DNA of 64,000 bases from NCBI GenBank assembly GCA_028826165.1, contig JAPDFW010000105.1, forward strand, positions 1 through 64,000. Direction: 5' to 3'. This DNA is from Anaeramoeba ignava BMAN (Eukaryota; Protista; Anaeramoebae). Positions 61,770 to 64,000 of the stretch are shown here, piece after piece. The notes beneath the pieces were generated by a model. That model saw only the letters and a list, made by a program, of their open reading frames with translations, was not told the DNA's origin and ran no database searches. Each line of letters opens with the position of its first letter. Position 1 is the first letter of the stretch. The translations under genes and the position numbers were made by a program.

Positions 61770-62730
61770 TAAATAATAATTTAATAATATTTTATTTATA
61801 TTTTTATTTAAATAATAATTTACTTAATATTTATCAATAATTTATTTAATAAAGTAATTCTATTTTTTTTTTTTTATTATTCAAAAAAATTAAAAAAATC
61901 TTTTTCTAAAAAAATAATTAATCAAATTATCTATTTTTCTAAATAATAATAATTTAATAATATTTTATTTATATTTTTATTTAAATAATAATTTAATTAA
62001 TATTTATCAATAAATTATTTAATAAAGTAATTCTATTTTTTTATTTTTTATTATTAAAATTGAAAAAATAATTAATCAAAATATATATTTTTCTAAATAA
62101 TAAATTAATATTATTTTATTTATATTTTTATTTAAATAATAATTTAATTAATATTTATCTATAATTTATTTAATAAAGTAATTCTATTTTTTTTTATTTT
62201 TATTATTAAAATTGAAAAAATGTCAATTAAATAATAAAATTATCTATTTTTTTAAAAATAATAATTTAATAATATTTTATTTATATTTTTATTTTAAATG
62301 AAAAATAATTTAATTAATTTTTATCAATAATTTATTTAATAATTTAATTAATATTTTCTATATTTTTATTTATTTTTATTTTTATTATTAAAATTGAAAA
62401 ATAATTAATCAAAATATCTTTTTCTAAATAATAATTTAATAATATTTTATTTATATTTTTATTTAAATAATAATTTAATTAATATTTATCAATAATTTAT
62501 TTAATAAAGTAATTCTATTTTTATTTTTATTATTAAAATTCAAAAATAATTAATCAAAAATATATATTTTTTTTTAATTAATAAATAATAATTTAATAAT
62601 ATTTTATTTATATTTCTATTTAAATAATAAATTAATTTATTTATTTATCTATAATTTATTTAATAAAGTAATTCTATTTTTATTTTTATTATTATTTAAA
62701 ATTGAAAAAAAAAAATATTTATATTTTTAT
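61770..62730. repeat. AT-rich tandem repeat, ~160-170-bp unit
   Basis: Recurring TTTAATAAAGTAATTCTATTTTT block, about 6 copies. Confidence 0.8.
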
Positions 62731-62891
62731 TTAAATAAAATGATTAATTATTTAATAATGTATTCTATTTTTATTTTCAAAAGTTAGTAATTTGTTTTTT
62801 GTTTTTATTTTTTTTTCATTTTTTTCCTTTTTTATTTTCATTTAAATTTTTCGTTTTTTATTTTATTTTTTTTTTTTAAAAGAATTTTACA

Positions 62892-62993
62892 ATGAAACTT
62901 TTTGGTAGAAAAAAAAAGAAAAATGTCAAACCAACCACAGAACAAACAAGAGAATCAATTACAAAACTTAGAGATACAATTCAAATGTTAGAA
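62892..62993 (+). CDS. SNF7: First exon of an ESCRT-III Snf7/Vps32 (CHMP4)-like gene, continuing beyond the window
   Basis: MKLFGRKKKK..ESITKLRDTIQMLE followed by a GTAATT donor. Confidence 0.7.
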
Positions 62994-63079
62994 GTAATTA
63001 AATTATTTTATATTTTCAAAAAAGGAAAAAAAATCAATTACATTTCATTTTAAAAAAGGGAAAAAAATTAAATTAATTA

Positions 63080-64000
63080 ATTTATAATTTAATTTATAAT
63101 TTTATTTATAATTTTATTTATAATTTAATTTATAATTTTATTTATAATTTAATTTATAATTTTATTTATAATTTTTATATTTTATTTATAATTTTATTTA
63201 TAATTTTATTTATAATTTTATTTATAATTTTATTTATAATTTTATTTATAATTTATAATTTTATTTATAATTTAATTTATAATTTTATTTATAATTTTAT
63301 TTATTTTTATTTTTTATTTTAATTTTATTTATTTTAATTTTATTTATTTTTTTTTATTTATTTTTAATTTTTATTTAATTTTAATTTAATTTTTATTTTT
63401 TAATTTATATTTTTATTTATAATTTTATTTTTATTTTTATAATTTTTTTAATTTTATAATTTTATTTATAATTTTAATTTATAATTTTATTTATAATTTT
63501 ATTTATAATTTAATTTATAATTTTATTTATAATTTTATTTATAATTTAATTTATAATTTAAATTTATAATTTTTATTTATAATTTAATTTTAATTTTTAA
63601 TTTTAATTTTTTATTTTATTTATAGTTTTTTTATTTAATTTTTATTTTATTTTTATTTATAATTTTATTTATAATTTTATTTTATAATTTTTATTTTATA
63701 ATTTTTTTATTTTTTTTTTATATTTAATTTATAATTTTTATTTTATAATTTTAATTTATAATAATATTTTTAATTTTTTATAATTTTAATAATTTTATAA
63801 ATTTTATAATTTTTTATTTATAATTTTATTTATAATTTTTATTTATAATTTTAATTTATAATTTTATTTATAATTTTATTTATAATTTTAATTTATAATT
63901 TTATTTATAATTTTATTTATAATTTTTATTTTATTTATAATTTTATTTAATTTATAATTTAATTTATAATTTAATTTATAATTTAATTTATAATTTAATT
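63080..64000. repeat. 12-bp-unit (TTTATAATTTTA) intronic tract
   Basis: Direct tandem repeat after the Snf7 donor. Confidence 0.85.

Overview
Extremely AT-rich eukaryotic (protist) genomic DNA with many short GT-AG spliceosomal introns (mostly ~55-90 nt) and many homopolymer frameshifts that look like assembly errors. The gene repertoire (RCC1-BTB, BTB-TLDc, BTB-ARM families) resembles Anaeramoeba-type metamonads; this is inference, not established. Positions 1-29.6 kb form a large imperfect inverted duplication (BTB-armadillo gene, tandem-exon multi-TM gene, RCC1-BTB genes) around a GC-richer, intronless FG-GAP/FN3 surface-protein gene. Next come a BTB-TLDc gene interrupted by an intact Mutator-like transposon (TIRs, 8-bp TSD), histone H2B, a PH-inositol 5-phosphatase, Ras- and Rab11-type GTPases, an ankyrin-BTB gene, DNAAF1/ODA7, a second ankyrin gene, FPP synthase and the first exon of Snf7. 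The headline observation is the ankyrin-BTB gene (50400-55252), which the ORF track largely misses. It has one ankyrin repeat per exon plus 15 predicted single-codon (3-nt) microexons. All introns are phase 0, and the microexons encode the variable beta-turn residues of the repeats. Together with the exon-per-repeat ARM gene and the hypervariable RCC1 propellers, this suggests a diversifiable repertoire of BTB (Cullin-3-type) recognition adaptors. All gene models were derived by eye from splice motifs and reading frames, without transcript data.
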